Positions 1 to 12,339 of a stretch of 64,000 nucleotides of DNA are shown here, in pieces. The position numbers and the translations under genes are program-made. Each line of letters opens with the position of its first letter. Positions within the stretch are counted from its first letter, which is position 1. Under the pieces are notes generated by a model that was not told where the DNA came from, ran no database searches, and saw only the letters and a program-made list of their open reading frames with translations. This DNA comes from Phyllobates terribilis. Lineage: Eukaryota. The DNA is taken from positions 1-64,000 of the forward strand of contig NW_027365894.1 in assembly GCF_046119375.1 (NCBI RefSeq). The letters run 5' to 3'.

Positions 1-13
1 AGAGCTTCTCCAC

Positions 14-2780
14 ATGGACTTATGTGGACCACTAAGTACTCAGAGTAAGGGAGGTAATCACTACATTTTCGTTATAGTTGATGACTATTCTCGCTACACC
101 TGGACTCTCTTCTTAGACAAGAGCGAAACCTTTGAAACGTTTTGTACTCATGCGCTTTTCTTAGAAAAGAGTTTGAGGCTCCCCATTTGTACAATTTGTT
201 CTGACAATGGAACCGAATTCAAGAATGGAGAGTTCTTAGCATTTTATGATGAAAGGGGTATATATCATAATTTCTCTATTCCTAGAACCCCTGAGCAAAA
301 TGGAGTTGTTGAGTGCAAGAATAGGACTCTACAAGAGATGGCACGTACAATGCTACTCTCTAGTGGTGTCGCTTCATACTATTGGGCACAAGCTATGAGC
401 ATAGCATGTTATATTACTAACCGAGCCTTGTTAAGGCCTATCCTAGAGAAAACCCCATATGAGTTTCTCAAAGGACGTGCACCGAATATCTCTCACTTAC
501 GAGTGTTTGGTTGCAAGTGTTACGTCAATAACAATGGGAAGGATCTCTTGTGTAAATTTGATGCTAGGAACGACGATGCTATCTTTCTAGGTTATGCTTC
601 TTCTAACAAGGGCTATAGAGTGCTCAACCTGAGGACTCAGAGGGAAGAAGATAGTATTCATGTGAAATTTGATGAAAGACAACTTGATAGCACAAAGGAA
701 ATGAATGACGATCCATTTGTTAGCCTTGATCTACCTCCAGCTTCTCCACACACTCCTCAAGCTCCACCTTCTACAACTTCTAAAGGTATAGAAAGTGACA
801 ATGACGATTGTGGTGGTTGCGCTTCTCGACCTTTGGCTCCAGAAGTAAGCAATCCAAGTGACGAAGCTATTCCAGAGGACAACACTCATAATATAGATCA
901 AGGAAGTGGACCATTCAACAATGATCAAGCTACACCTTAATCATCTCTCTCAGGTCAGGTAACACCCTCAGTTACTTCAGCTAGACCTTCTAGCTCTCAA
1001 GCGGGATCTAGAAGTGGTCAAGCGCAACCTGACAGTGCTCAAGAGGGACCAAGTGACCAATCTGATGGAAATAGAAGCTTGTCCAAGACTACAACGATGA
1101 AGCTACCAGATAATACTGAGGTCACAGTGCGGGATTACCAATAAATGAAGTCCCATCCTGTTTCAGCGGTCATATCTCAGTTCGAAAAAGGTACCCAAAC
1201 TCGGTCTAACATACTTAACTTTCTTGCTTGTAGTGCTTTTGTGTCTTTAGAGGAACCAAAGAACATACAAGTCGCGCTTCAAGATCCAAACTGGATAATT
1301 GCTATGTCAAAAGAGTTAGAAAAGTTCAAGCACAACCAGGTATGGCGTCTAGTGCCCCGGCCAGGTGATAGAAGCATTATTGGTATGCGCTGGGTATTCA
1401 GGAACAAACGGGATGATAGTGGAGCAGTGGTTCATAACAAAGCTCAACTTGTTGCACAAGGATACAATCAACAAGAAGGCATTGATTATGATGAAACATA
1501 CGCACCAGTTGCTCGGCTAGAGGCAATTCGCTTGTTGATAGCTTTTGCCGCACACAAAGGATTTAAGCTATTTCAAATGGACGTGAAGACCGCTTTCCTC
1601 AATGGTGATTTGAACGAGGAAGTGTACGTCAAGCAACCACCAGGTTTTGAAGATTCAGCTTGTCCTGATCATGTGTACTTCCTAGACAAGGCGCTTTATG
1701 GTCTTAAGCAAGCCCCTCGCGCTTGGTATGACTGTCTATCAAAGTACCTACTTGCTAATGGATAAAAAAGAGGATTGGTGGACAAGAGCCTCTTCATCAG
1801 GGAAGCAAAGGGTGATATCCTTATTGTCCAAATATATGTTGATGATATTATTTTTGTTTCTACTAACTTGCAACTTGTAGAGGATTTTAAGAATACCATG
1901 AGCCTCAAGTTCAGCATGAGCATGATTGGTGAGCTCAAGTACTTCCTCGGGCTTCAGGTGAACCAGTTGGAAAATGGCTTTGAAATACATCAACAAAAAT
2001 ACATCAAAGAGCTCCTCAAGAAGTATCAAATGGAAGGAAGCAAACCATGTCCTACACCCCTCTCAACCACTACAAAACTGGATAAAGATCTTATGGCTGA
2101 GAAGGTAGACCAATGTATGTATAGAGGTATGGTTGGCTCCCTTATGTATTTAACTGCTTCGAGACCTGATATTGTATTTGTTGTTAGTGTTTGTGATCGC
2201 TCTCAGTCAGACCCTCGCGCTTCTCACCTAACTCATGTAAAGCGCATCCTTCAGTATCTTAAGGGGTCTGACGATTTATGTCTTTGGTACTCCAAAGGAG
2301 GCAATCTTTCTCTTGTTTGGATACACCGATGCAGATTATGCAGGTTATTTAGCAGACCGTAAGAGCACAAGTGGGATGGCACAGTTCCTTGGATCATGTC
2401 TTGTATCGTGGGGATCCAAGAAGCAGAATTGTATTGCAGTTTCAACAACAGAAGCAGAGTACATAGCCACGGCGCAAAGTTTTGCTCAAGTACTGTGGAT
2501 AAAGCAACAGCTCGTTGACTACGGTATTAATCTCGACACTATTACTATCTATTGTGATAATACCAGCGCAATATGTGTCTCCAAGAACCCAGTACATCAC
2601 ACACGAACTAAGCACATTGATGTACGGCATCACTTTCTACGTGATCATGTGGAGCGCAAGAACATCGAGCTTACTCATGTATCTTCAGAAGGGAAAATAG
2701 CAGATATTTTTACTAAAGCACTTAATCGATAGGTCTTCTTAAACCTTCGGGTTCAGCTTGGCCTTATGCGACTCCATTAG
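14..2780 (+). pseudogene. Disrupted copia pol (integrase core, RT, RNase H)
   Basis: IN motifs DLCGP, IVDDYSRY, SDNGTEF, PEQNGVVE; RT motifs [28 protein letters not shown]; RH motifs GYTDADYAG, KHIDVRHHF, ADIFTK. In-frame stops at 938, 1763 and 2730, and a frameshift near 2315. Confidence 0.95.
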
Positions 2781-3673
2781 CTTTGAGGCAATGGATCTGT
2801 ACGTATTTCCCTATTTGACAAGAATTAGCGAGCTTAGTATCAAGGTACGAACTATGGTAGCTTGCGCTTGATAGCTTTGAGTCTTTCATGCTTTATAGTT
2901 GTTCATTAAAATGAATTAGTACTGAAGTTGTCTTACTTGCTTAGCTCAATTTTATATAATCTTAGTCAATGCATGCTCTTCTTTGCCAAAAACTTGACAA
3001 TGGTGATCGTCTTCTACCCATATTACATGCCTAAGAAATGATCCATTGCATAGGTGTCCCTAGCCTGACTAAATGTAACGCTTCTCTTGTCCTTTATTGA
3101 ACTCCACATTAGAGAAGTATTCATTTGGTGACATAAAGCTCAATTACCATATTACATGTATATGCACATACGTACACATCAACTTGAGTGATTGAATGCT
3201 CTAATGTCCCCTATATGAAATGTGCATCTTCCTGTTCATGAATTTCTTTACATTGTGGTTTGAAAATTGAGCTTCGCTAGATTATTCAGCCAGAGGTGGA
3301 ATTTGTTGAGCTCATTATTCTAGCGCGTTTCTGTGTTGAGATTCATTGCGCTTCAAAGCGCCACTGGTTGGTTTATCTTCAAATTTGGGTTTGCTTAATT
3401 GTGAAGCAACGGCTCTTTCCACTTTTTGAAGTAACGGCTACATATATGGTCGTTGGAGCCTAGCGCGTCAAATCTGCGTTCTCATTGGACCGTTGGACTT
3501 CTTTTTCTGCCGTTGGTTCTGATTGGTCACCTGTTTGGTTGAGAGTGAAGGCCGAGCGCATATAAATACCAGGTATTTGTCCCCAATTCATTTACCCTAT
3601 TTTCTACCTCTTGCCTCTATCTCTCTCTCAAACTCCGCTCAAGCTTCCCCATCCCTCTAGTTCACACTTTCAA

Positions 3674-5337
3674 ATGGAAAATGTCAATCTAGCCGATCTT
3701 GACCCAACTACCCGTGCAAAGATTGAGTTGTTGTTAAAAGCTCAGTCTTCCACATCTAATCCATCCATCTCTATACAACCTTCACAAACTGAGCCTCCCC
3801 AAACACAACTTGCCGACCCAGTTATCTCCACAGAGAACCTTAGCCCCACAAAAGAGCCTACTATCCCAGACGCTCCACTCTTCTCCCATGAGCCCAAGGT
3901 TGATCTTTCTCTCACTGCCAAAGATCTAGAACTTGTTGGCTATGACGTTGAGCAAGAACTTGCCCAGCCCACTACTGAAGCATCTACTCAGGCCGTGTCT
4001 CATTCTACCCTAGCGAAGGGTAAGGGTGTGCTTGAAATTGACACTCCTTCACAGTTAGGTACTCAGACAAGGCCAGGTATACAGAATCTTACTTCTCCTC
4101 AGCAACTTCTGGCCTCTATTCCTTCTGACTCAGATGAAGATGAGGATTACCACATTCAAGCTCGTCCAGGCCATGATTCTCCACTTCCTTTAACCACTTA
4201 GAGAGCCGATCGACAGAGTGACGTGCTTCGCCGTAAGAGTCGAAAGCGAAAGGCATCTCTTCCTCCTCCTCCGACTAAGGAAATTGAGTCATCAGACGGT
4301 TCCGAACATGAATCGCCACTGCATGAGGTTATCTCGGAGAAAGGAACCTCTACATGCTCTAAGCGCGCCAAAATCATTGGCGTCAACGACTTTCCCCCAA
4401 TTCCATCAGGTATCGCCAAGCGCTCATTCTTATTTCCCGAAATTGTGATTCCTGATCTTCTCATAGAGCTCCAAGGATCATCACACATCATGCGCTTTGC
4501 TACCTGGTTAAGTTTTCAAGGATGGGACAAGTTGGAAACGGAACCAGCGCAATGTAACGATTCGATGGTGTATCAGTTTTACGCAACAATGAAGTATCAG
4601 CCAGCCAATCCTGAGTATGAACAAGTATGGTTCATTTGGCGTGGAAATCCAGAGAAACGTTCTTGGTGAAGGACCTAGTGAAGGCAATCGGGCTCACCGA
4701 GCAGTCCAACGGATTCGGGCACTTGTATAAGAAAAACTGGCCCGCATGAGCCAAGCAGCTCAAAGAAGCAGTTTTTGGTCCAAATGTGCCAAAGCGCGCT
4801 CTCACCGTTGACATGCTGAAGCCTAGTCGAAGATTTCTCCCACCATTTTATCATCACCAACATTACACCAAGGGATTACGACAGGGATAAGGTAACCATT
4901 GCAGATTGTTGTATTATGGCGGCTGTAATTTCGAACCAAGTGGTCAATACTGCTCAGATAATGGTGAGCCACTTAGTTCTCTACCGTGCAGCTACTTCTG
5001 GTCCCTTGTCGTTCCCTCACATCGTCTGCAAAATGCTCAAGGTTGATGGCCTCTACGATCGCTCTCTCGCTGACTAAGATTGCTCTACATTCCTCACCTT
5101 CGATGTTATATGCGCCATTCTTCTGCCTAAACCTGAAGGTACACACCCTTCTAGCTCGCGATCTGATCTGAGTCCTCGCGCTCGTCCTTCGTCTGCTTCT
5201 ACAGATTTTTCAAGCGTTATTGCTCACTAGAAGCGCATCACGAGCGGGTCGAGAAACAGCTGAGTGTACTGATCGAGCAAGTTACGAAGATGGTTACTAT
5301 GGTTCAGGAGAAGTTCAAATCTGAGGACAGGCAATAG
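3674..5337 (+). pseudogene. Sirevirus env-like extra ORF (Pro/Ser-rich N-terminus, basic NLS-like RRKSRKRK, conserved central domain, C-terminal coiled coil), disrupted
   Basis: ORFs 3611-4201 and 4223-4669 share a frame (TAG at 4199). After a frameshift near 4650 the frame reads ...RFLHHFIITNITP...SFPHIVCKML... and a further slip leads to ...HERVEKQLSVLIEQVTKMV..., stop at 5335-5337. Confidence 0.75.
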
Positions 5338-5642
5338 CTGTTGGTGTTGTGATGGTTGCGCTTTTACGCGCTTTCATTGATTTCTTTTTCTCTCTCTACT
5401 TTGTTAAGATGTTTGTAAACTAGCTCTCTAGGTTATCCTACCTATTTTTGTGGCAGTTACTAAATGATCAATGCAAGTATGGTTTTTGACTTTTATATCT
5501 CTGAGAGCTTTGCTGACTTGACTCTTTGCTACTTAAGTTGCTTTTTGTTTGCTATCTTGCATTGTTTGACTTATTAGCTAGCAAGCGCACCCTCCTATCT
5601 TTCTTACCGTATGACTATGCTTTTGATTTTTTCGATGTTGTC

Positions 5643-5877
5643 AAAAGGGGGAAGAAAATAGGCACATCCTTCTTTGATTAAGGGGGAAGTATGAGATCGT
5701 GCTTGGACTTAGGGGGAATTTGAAAACTGTGTTGGTTAAGTACTTGGTAAGGTACTTCGACCTAATTCCGAATCTGAATACTTGATTAACTTGTTGTTTA
5801 TTGTCTCTATATTAATCATTATAGAAAGTATTTTGAGCTTACCTGTTCACAGTTTGTCATCATCAAAAGGGGGAAAT
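5643..5877 (+). other. Multiple polypurine tracts upstream of the Sirevirus 3' LTR
   Basis: AAAAGGGGGAAG (~5643), AAGGGGGAAG (~5680), AGGGGGAA (~5711) and terminal AAAAGGGGGAAAT (5865-5877), followed directly by TGTTAG. Confidence 0.85.
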
Positions 5878-7088
5878 TGTTAGTTGAGCTTTGATAGTCT
5901 TATTAAAGCTTAATCTATTTCTCTTTGTTTTGATGATAACAAACTAATATGTTTAATCTCTTAGTGTTTTTAAGCTTTCCAGGTTAATGTAATATCTGCT
6001 GGGATGCGCTTAAGTCACTTAGAGATGCGCTTCAACTAGTTTCAGTCGCGCTTAACACCAAGCGAAGAAAGCAAGTTTCGCAAGCGGTGTTTAATAATCC
6101 CATTCAAGTCCAGAAGTGAGTATAGGCAAACTTCTAAGGCATAGAAGATGCGCTTGAATGAAGTTGAAGAAGTGTTGATCATGAGGTTCCACCATAGCAC
6201 AGGGTGTACGCTGTCACAGAAGAGAACTGCCAAAATGAAAGGGAAGGCTGGTGAGCGGGAGAATTCAAGTTGCGTGCACAAGAGGTGTGAGAAGGACTTG
6301 AAGGCTTTGAGACGCATATCCAGGGATCGCCAGTGTGGAGGAAGTTAGTTAGCGCAGTGGACACGGATTGCTGAGGTGGTGTGCGTCAACAAGTTGAAGA
6401 ACAAAACCAAATTAATCCAAGCGGCTGATTATCTCTTGCAATTTGATCAAGGCGCACGGATTGATGAGGTGGCAATGTGCTAAGTCTAAGTTTGTTACAC
6501 GAAATTAAGTTAGAGTTATAGCTTAAGTTTTGTGTATAAATAGTGGATTGTTGCATTGACTCTAGGTATTACAAAGTGAGGAATTCAGAGAGAATCTAGG
6601 AGAGCTTAAGTGTTTACTCAGTTGTAATCAAGAGAGGTGAAGTGCCATTGTTCTAGAGATGAACTCAAGTGTTGTAAGGAGAGAGTTTACGAGTGAGCTT
6701 CTAGAGTTGAAGCGAGAGTTGTAATCTTCTTCTGTCAATACAAAGTAGTGGTGAGTTTTCTCCCGAGTCAATTAGTGACTTAGGGTTCTCACCGTTTGGA
6801 AACTCTTTGTGTGCAAATCTTAGTGCGCTTTAAACACTTAAAGCGCGCTCTTATTGTTGTCTGAACTCTTACGCGTTTAAGGACTTTAGTAAATCAATTA
6901 CTAAGTGTCCTACACTGGTCAAGCGCATCTCCAAGTATAAAGCGCAATTCTATACTTGAGAAGCGCATCTAAGACTTAATGAACCTTAGAAGACATTGAA
7001 TAATAGTGGCTTAATAAACACGAACCTATAGAAGGGGTCCAAGAATTGAACCATTCCCGAGGTGCTCTTTTGATCAACCAAATATCCA
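5878..7088 (+). repeat. 3' LTR of Sirevirus 1 (~1.2 kb)
   Basis: Starts TG right after the PPT; TGTATAAATAG TATA box at ~6533-6543; inverted-repeat arm TTTTGATGATAAC at ~5928. Ends at CA (7080 or 7088), where copia RT homology on the minus strand begins. Confidence 0.75.
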
Positions 7089-10000
7089 TTCCTCTATAAG
7101 TTGTTTCATTGGTTGTGGGTCCACTTAAAACAACATCTAGCTCAGTCGATGTTGAGACAGGGGTGTGCAACGGCTTACTTGTGTCCGTGCCATATTTCTT
7201 GAGTATCTCCCTTAGGTATTTTTGTTGATAAATTTGAATGTCATCATCCTTTTTCACAACATGTAAGTCGAGAAAGAAGTTCAGTTCCCCTATCATGCTC
7301 ATGTTGAACTTGCTGCTCATGACTTCCTTGAATTATCTACAAGGGACATGTTAGTGGCACCGAAAATAATGTCATCAACATATACCTGTACTACTAAGAT
7401 GTCACCTTTATGTTCTTGAATGAAGAGCGTCTTTTTTATTGTCCACCTTTGATAGTTGTTGGATAGAAGGTACTCATAGAGATAATCGTACCAAGCTCTA
7501 GGAGCTTGCTTCAGTTCATACAATGTTTTGTTAAGAAAGTATACGTGATTTGGGAGTTGAGTATCTTCGAAGCTAGGTGGTTTATTGACATACACTTCCT
7601 CATTTAGATTATCATTAAGGAAGGCAATCTTGACATCCATCTGAAATGGCTTAAACCCCTTGTGAGAAGCCAAAGCGATTAATAAATCGAATGGCCTCAA
7701 GATGAGCGACTGGAGCATAGGTTTCATCGTAGTCAATTCCTTCTTGTTGATTGTATCCTTGAGCGACTAGTCTTGATTTGTTCCTTACTATAGAACCATA
7801 TAATCTAGCTTGTTCCGGAACACCTAGCGAGTTCCAATGATGATTTGATTTGAGGGATTCGGAACTAGAGGCCAGACTTTGTTTCGTTCAAATTCATGTA
7901 GCTCTTGTTGAATTGCTACTACCCAATCAAGATCAATGATGACCTCCTTTATATTCTTAGGTTTTATGAGATAAACGAAGGTATGAAAGAACATAGGTTG
8001 GTTACAGAGGAACGTGTTCACACGCCTGAGTCAAGAGGAGTCGGTATATTCGTAAGAGGATGAGCGCCTTGTTGTTGAAAACTAAGAATTGGATAATCAG
8101 TTTCAGGTAAGGGGGTTTCTGTAAGGGAATTACCAGTCCTTATAGGTTCATCATTCTCCCTATTAGTGTGAAGGTCCATGGGAACTGAGGGAGTAAAGGC
8201 GGGAGCGATTGAATTCAGCCCAAATGGGATCGGCCACGTTGTGTTTTCTGGAACAGCTTCTTTAGGAAAGGGGTCCTTAGTGAAGGAGGTTGAGGAAGAA
8301 AGAGTCTTTTCATCAAACACTACATGTATACTTTCATCGACTGCCCTTGTCCTCTTATTGAATACCTTATATGCCTTGCTGGAAGGAACATATCTAAGGA
8401 AGATAGCTTCATCACTTCTTGCATCAAACTTCCCGAGGTTGTCTTTCCCATTGTTATGCATAAAGCACTTGCAGCCAATAACTCTGAGATGTGATATGCT
8501 ATGAGGGTGACCTCTAATCAGCTCATAAAGGGTGTTTTCCAGAATAGGTCTAACCATGGTCCGGTTGATGATGTAGCAGTCTGTATTAACAGCCTCGTCC
8601 CAAAAGGTAGAAGTTAAGCCACTTGAGATTAGCATTTCTCTAGCCATCTCCACTAGAGTCCAATTCTTCCTTTCTACAACTCTGTTCTGTTGAGGGGTTC
8701 TTGGTTTTGAAAAATTATGACTTATCCCTCGTTCTCTGTAGAAACTTAAATATTTCCATTCTCAAACTCATTTCCATGGTCGTATCAAATAGCTTGAATG
8801 AGTAGAGACAATGAATTTTCAAGCAGGGAACGAACTCAGAGAAGCGAGAGAACACCTGATCTTTTGAGGGCAAGAATAGTGTCCAAGTGAACCTTGAGTA
8901 GTCGTCAATGATGACAACCATGTAGCGAGCTCCATCAGGGATTTGAACTTGCATTGGACCACAGAGATCCATATGTAACAACTCTAGAGGCCTTTTAGAC
9001 GTGACATCGCTTTTAGATTTAAAGGAGCATTGAATTTGTTTCCCCCGCACACATTTAGCACAATGTGACATGTTCTTAGGCTTGATTGGAGGGATCTCGT
9101 GAAATAGTTCCTTTGAGTGAACCTTGTGAAAGAAATGTAAGCTAGCATGGCCTAGTCGTTGATGGCATATAGATGAGTGATCTTCAATGGAAGCAAGATA
9201 CGATGGCTATTAGGAATGTAGCTTGAGTAAAAAAGGTATGTGTTGTTAACTCGTTTACCTTTTAGGATGATCGTGTTAGCTGAGTTCCTTGAAAAAATCT
9301 TGTTGTAGTGAAAGTGACTTTGTTTGGGCCCTTCATCACATATTTGCGCGATGCTCAACAAGTTGAAGCGCAAGCTATCAACAAAATTCACAATTTGTAC
9401 TTCAATATTATCATTCAGATGGACCTTTCGTGTCCTTTTATTCCACCATACTTCTCATTTCTGAAGAAGATGTTGCTGCCTTCAGATTCTTGAAACTAGA
9501 GCAAATTTTCTTTGTAGCCAGTCATATGGCATGAGCAGTCGCTATCAATATACCACTTATACTTGCTACTCGCTTCAACCCATAACAGAAAGATTAAACC
9601 TTTGGAACCCATTGAAGCTCATCTTTTTTGGGTTTATTAGTCTTTGGGTTCTCTTGGCTTTGGAAATAAGAAGCGCGGTTAAAGGCATTTGTAGATGAGC
9701 AATCTCATAGTAAAAAGCATCATTCAATCATTCACTTCATGTTGGTTGTGGTTAAATGACCTATAACGCCTGCTATCCTAGACTTGTTTCTTTCTATAAT
9801 CATGTATAGTATGACCATTATTTCCACAGTATCTACACCAAGAGTTATATTGAACATAAGCTTATTTGCTTTCTAGGACAAAAGGGCTTATTTTTCTCAC
9901 GTTTAAAATTGATATTCTTAATTGAGTTCCCATGGGCTTGATTAACATACATAGTGTGAGTCTTTTCACCTCTAAACTAAGTTCTAGTTCCCTTAGGAGG

Positions 10001-11300
10001 TCATGCTAAGACCTTAACCTTTTCTTCTAAGTATTAATTCTTACTTCTACAGGTTTGAAGGGCTTAATCTAACGTCTCATCTCTCTCAGTTAATTCTCTA
10101 GTTAATTTTTTTGAGCCGTGAAGAAGGTAGGGGATTCATGTTCAGGGTCACAACCTAATCCAGGTCTAGCATGAACAAAGACAGTTTGATTAACATTTTT
10201 TCATTTACAGAATCAGTCAATGTTTCACGCTTGTGATCTCCCTTGAGACTGCTTTCCTTTGCAACCCTCGTAGGAATTTGTAATTAAGCTCAATTCCCTA
10301 AATTTTAGAAGCGCTTTTCCTTTTCAGCGAGTCTATTAGAAAAGTCTAAGCTTTGATTACGAAGTTAAACTTCATCCTCATATTCAATAGCTTGTTTTTT
10401 CAAGTGTTTCATTATCATCAAGCAACTTTTAATCACATTAACAAGTTCATCTTTACCTAGAATATTAAGCCGACTAATGAAATCACTAGATAGATGTACC
10501 TGAAAAGTAGCTTTGTCGGAGTTATCCATGAGACATATGCCTTGAAAGCCTTCGTGAAGATCAAATTCATCATCATCTTCTCCCTACACCGAGAAAAGGG
10601 CCTTCTATTCAGCAGGTTCCACCTTCGCCTTAGTGTAAGTCTTAACAAGGCGGCTCTTCTCTTGACAGTTGTAGCACGTGTAGTCTTTGAGGTCCCTCTT
10701 TGAGTTAGAAGTCGTGAAGCTTTGTTCTTGAAGAACTTATTTACCATCTTTTTCATCAAAGAAATCTCTAGGTCATTGCCATCAACAACCTCTTCATTTT
10801 CCATCTTCTCTAGAACTCTAGTGAGCTTCAACGCAGTCCCTTTCGATTCCTTGACCACGATATCCATTTGGTTATCAACTATTTCCTGGTAAAAGAATTT
10901 TCGAAGATATCCCTTATTATAAGGGACTTGCTTTCATTTGACATAAGGTATATTCTTCTTGTCAACTCATACTTGTCGCTCATTCCGTAGATCATGACCA
11001 GATATTGTCCCCATTGAGGAATGGTGACGCTAGCAGCGCTTAGCTTGTCAACTAAGATTGTGAATCTGGATTGACAGGCAGACACGCTTTCACCAGACTT
11101 CAAACTGAAGGCATGAAATTTCCTCTGAAGGTTGAATTTGCAGTTGTTCTTCATGTTGTCACTTCCCCTATTGGTGGAGATGATTGCAGCCCACATCTCT
11201 TTGGCCGTTGGGATGTTGATGACTTTTTCAATGTCGGTTCTTGTGAGTCCAATGAGGATAAGTTGGCGAGCTTTGACATTTTCTCCATCTTGATATAGTG
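7089..11300 (-). pseudogene. Heavily disrupted copia gag-pol
   Basis: Many frameshifts and stops, but recognisable [33 protein letters not shown] and YVDDIIFG motifs in the ORF track. Confidence 0.9.
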
Positions 11301-11516
11301 CTTGGGTTGTCAGTCCTTTCTTTCTCTGATGGTTGCAGGGATCTCCTCATCACCAAGCTCTATCATTTTCCAACATTGAAAATCTTGAGTCTGGATGTAT
11401 GTTGTGTGAACTCCCAACCACCAATCAACTCTCCTTCTTGAAGCTGGTGTGGCTTGTTGATGGATACGCCAAGAGTGAACTCGTCGTGCTAGATCATCTA
11501 TTCAGACTTGGATCTT

Positions 11517-11528
11517 GCTCTAATACCA
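11517..11528 (-). promoter_or_regulatory. Primer-binding site (tRNA-iMet 3' end, one mismatch)
   Basis: Minus strand TGGTATTAGAGC versus canonical TGGTATCAGAGC, 2 nt after the LTR-terminal CA at 11531. Confidence 0.9.
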
Positions 11529-11530
11529 AT

Positions 11531-12274
11531 TGTAGGATCGTAAAGCGCTTATTCTAGGGAACTGAGGCGTCAGTTCCTTAGAGCGGAATATAAGCTTTGA
11601 ATGGTTTGAACACACTAATTCTGAGACACACACTCTTGTATTAAAGATTGATCACAAGATTACAATTTGAGATGAACACACAATTCTAGACTCGACTCAC
11701 AATTCTCTCTCTCAAACATGTACATTCTCTCTCTCAATAATCTTATAAAACAATTATTCTTAAATGATTATAAGACAAAAACTTGGAATGACAAGCACGA
11801 ACGTTTTCCTGAAACAAAACTACAAAAATATTCTAGCTTATCCTAAATTTGAACAATACAATGTATCTGAATAATAAAATCTTCAAAGAATCGCAACCAC
11901 TTCCATAAAGATATTCTTTCCAAAGATAGGAACTGGCGGACAAACTTTCCTTATTTGTACGCTCAGTCCCCTTCAGCATGATGCTTCGGTTTCCTTCGCG
12001 CTAGTAACAAACAACAACTTCTAATGCTTCCATTTCCTTCTACTCTTACCTTCGGTCCCCTTTAGCACTTCCAGCACGTTCTTTCCTCCTTAGTTCCTTT
12101 AGCTAATCCAAGATTTCTAGCTACTTTGATCCTTAGCATAAATCTAATTAAAGCTCATTCATGATCCTATATTAGCTCACTCAAGGTAGATGTTAAATAT
12201 GATAAGTGTTCGTCATCATTAAAACTGAGGAGATGGTGGTTAGGAACTGAGTCACCAGTTCCCAAAACCCAACA
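11531..12274 (-). repeat. 5' LTR of Sirevirus 2 (744 bp)
   Basis: TG...CA termini, adjacent PBS, TTTTAATGATGACGAAC inverted-repeat arm near the LTR start. Confidence 0.82.
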
Positions 12275-12339
12275 CTTTAATAATGCATAAGTGCTTGTGT
12301 TCAATAATTTCATAGGTCCTTTTGCTCAAGAGAAACACA

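Larger units (their letters stand above)
1..7088 (+). mobile_element. Ty1/copia LTR retrotransposon, Sirevirus (SIRE/Maximus) type; 3' portion only (IN-RT-RH, env-like ORF, multiple PPTs, 3' LTR)
   Basis: Copia domain order IN (14-940), RT (1145-2362), RH (2313-2732). Extra ORF after pol, clustered AGGGGG PPTs and an inverted repeat across the PPT/LTR junction. The 5' part is outside the window; the LTR 3' end is uncertain (7080-7088). Confidence 0.9.
7089..12274 (-). mobile_element. Second, decayed Sirevirus-type copia (5' LTR, PBS, extended gag, PR, IN, RT), truncated inside RT
   Basis: LTR 11531-12274 (TGTTGGG...CCTACA on minus); PBS TGGTATTAGAGC; gag fragments 10457-11196; CCHC-like knuckle ~9800-9850; protease WYIDSDCSCHMTG ~9520-9560; IN 8018-9071; RT fragments 7089-8021, ending at TTYRGM. 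Confidence 0.88.
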
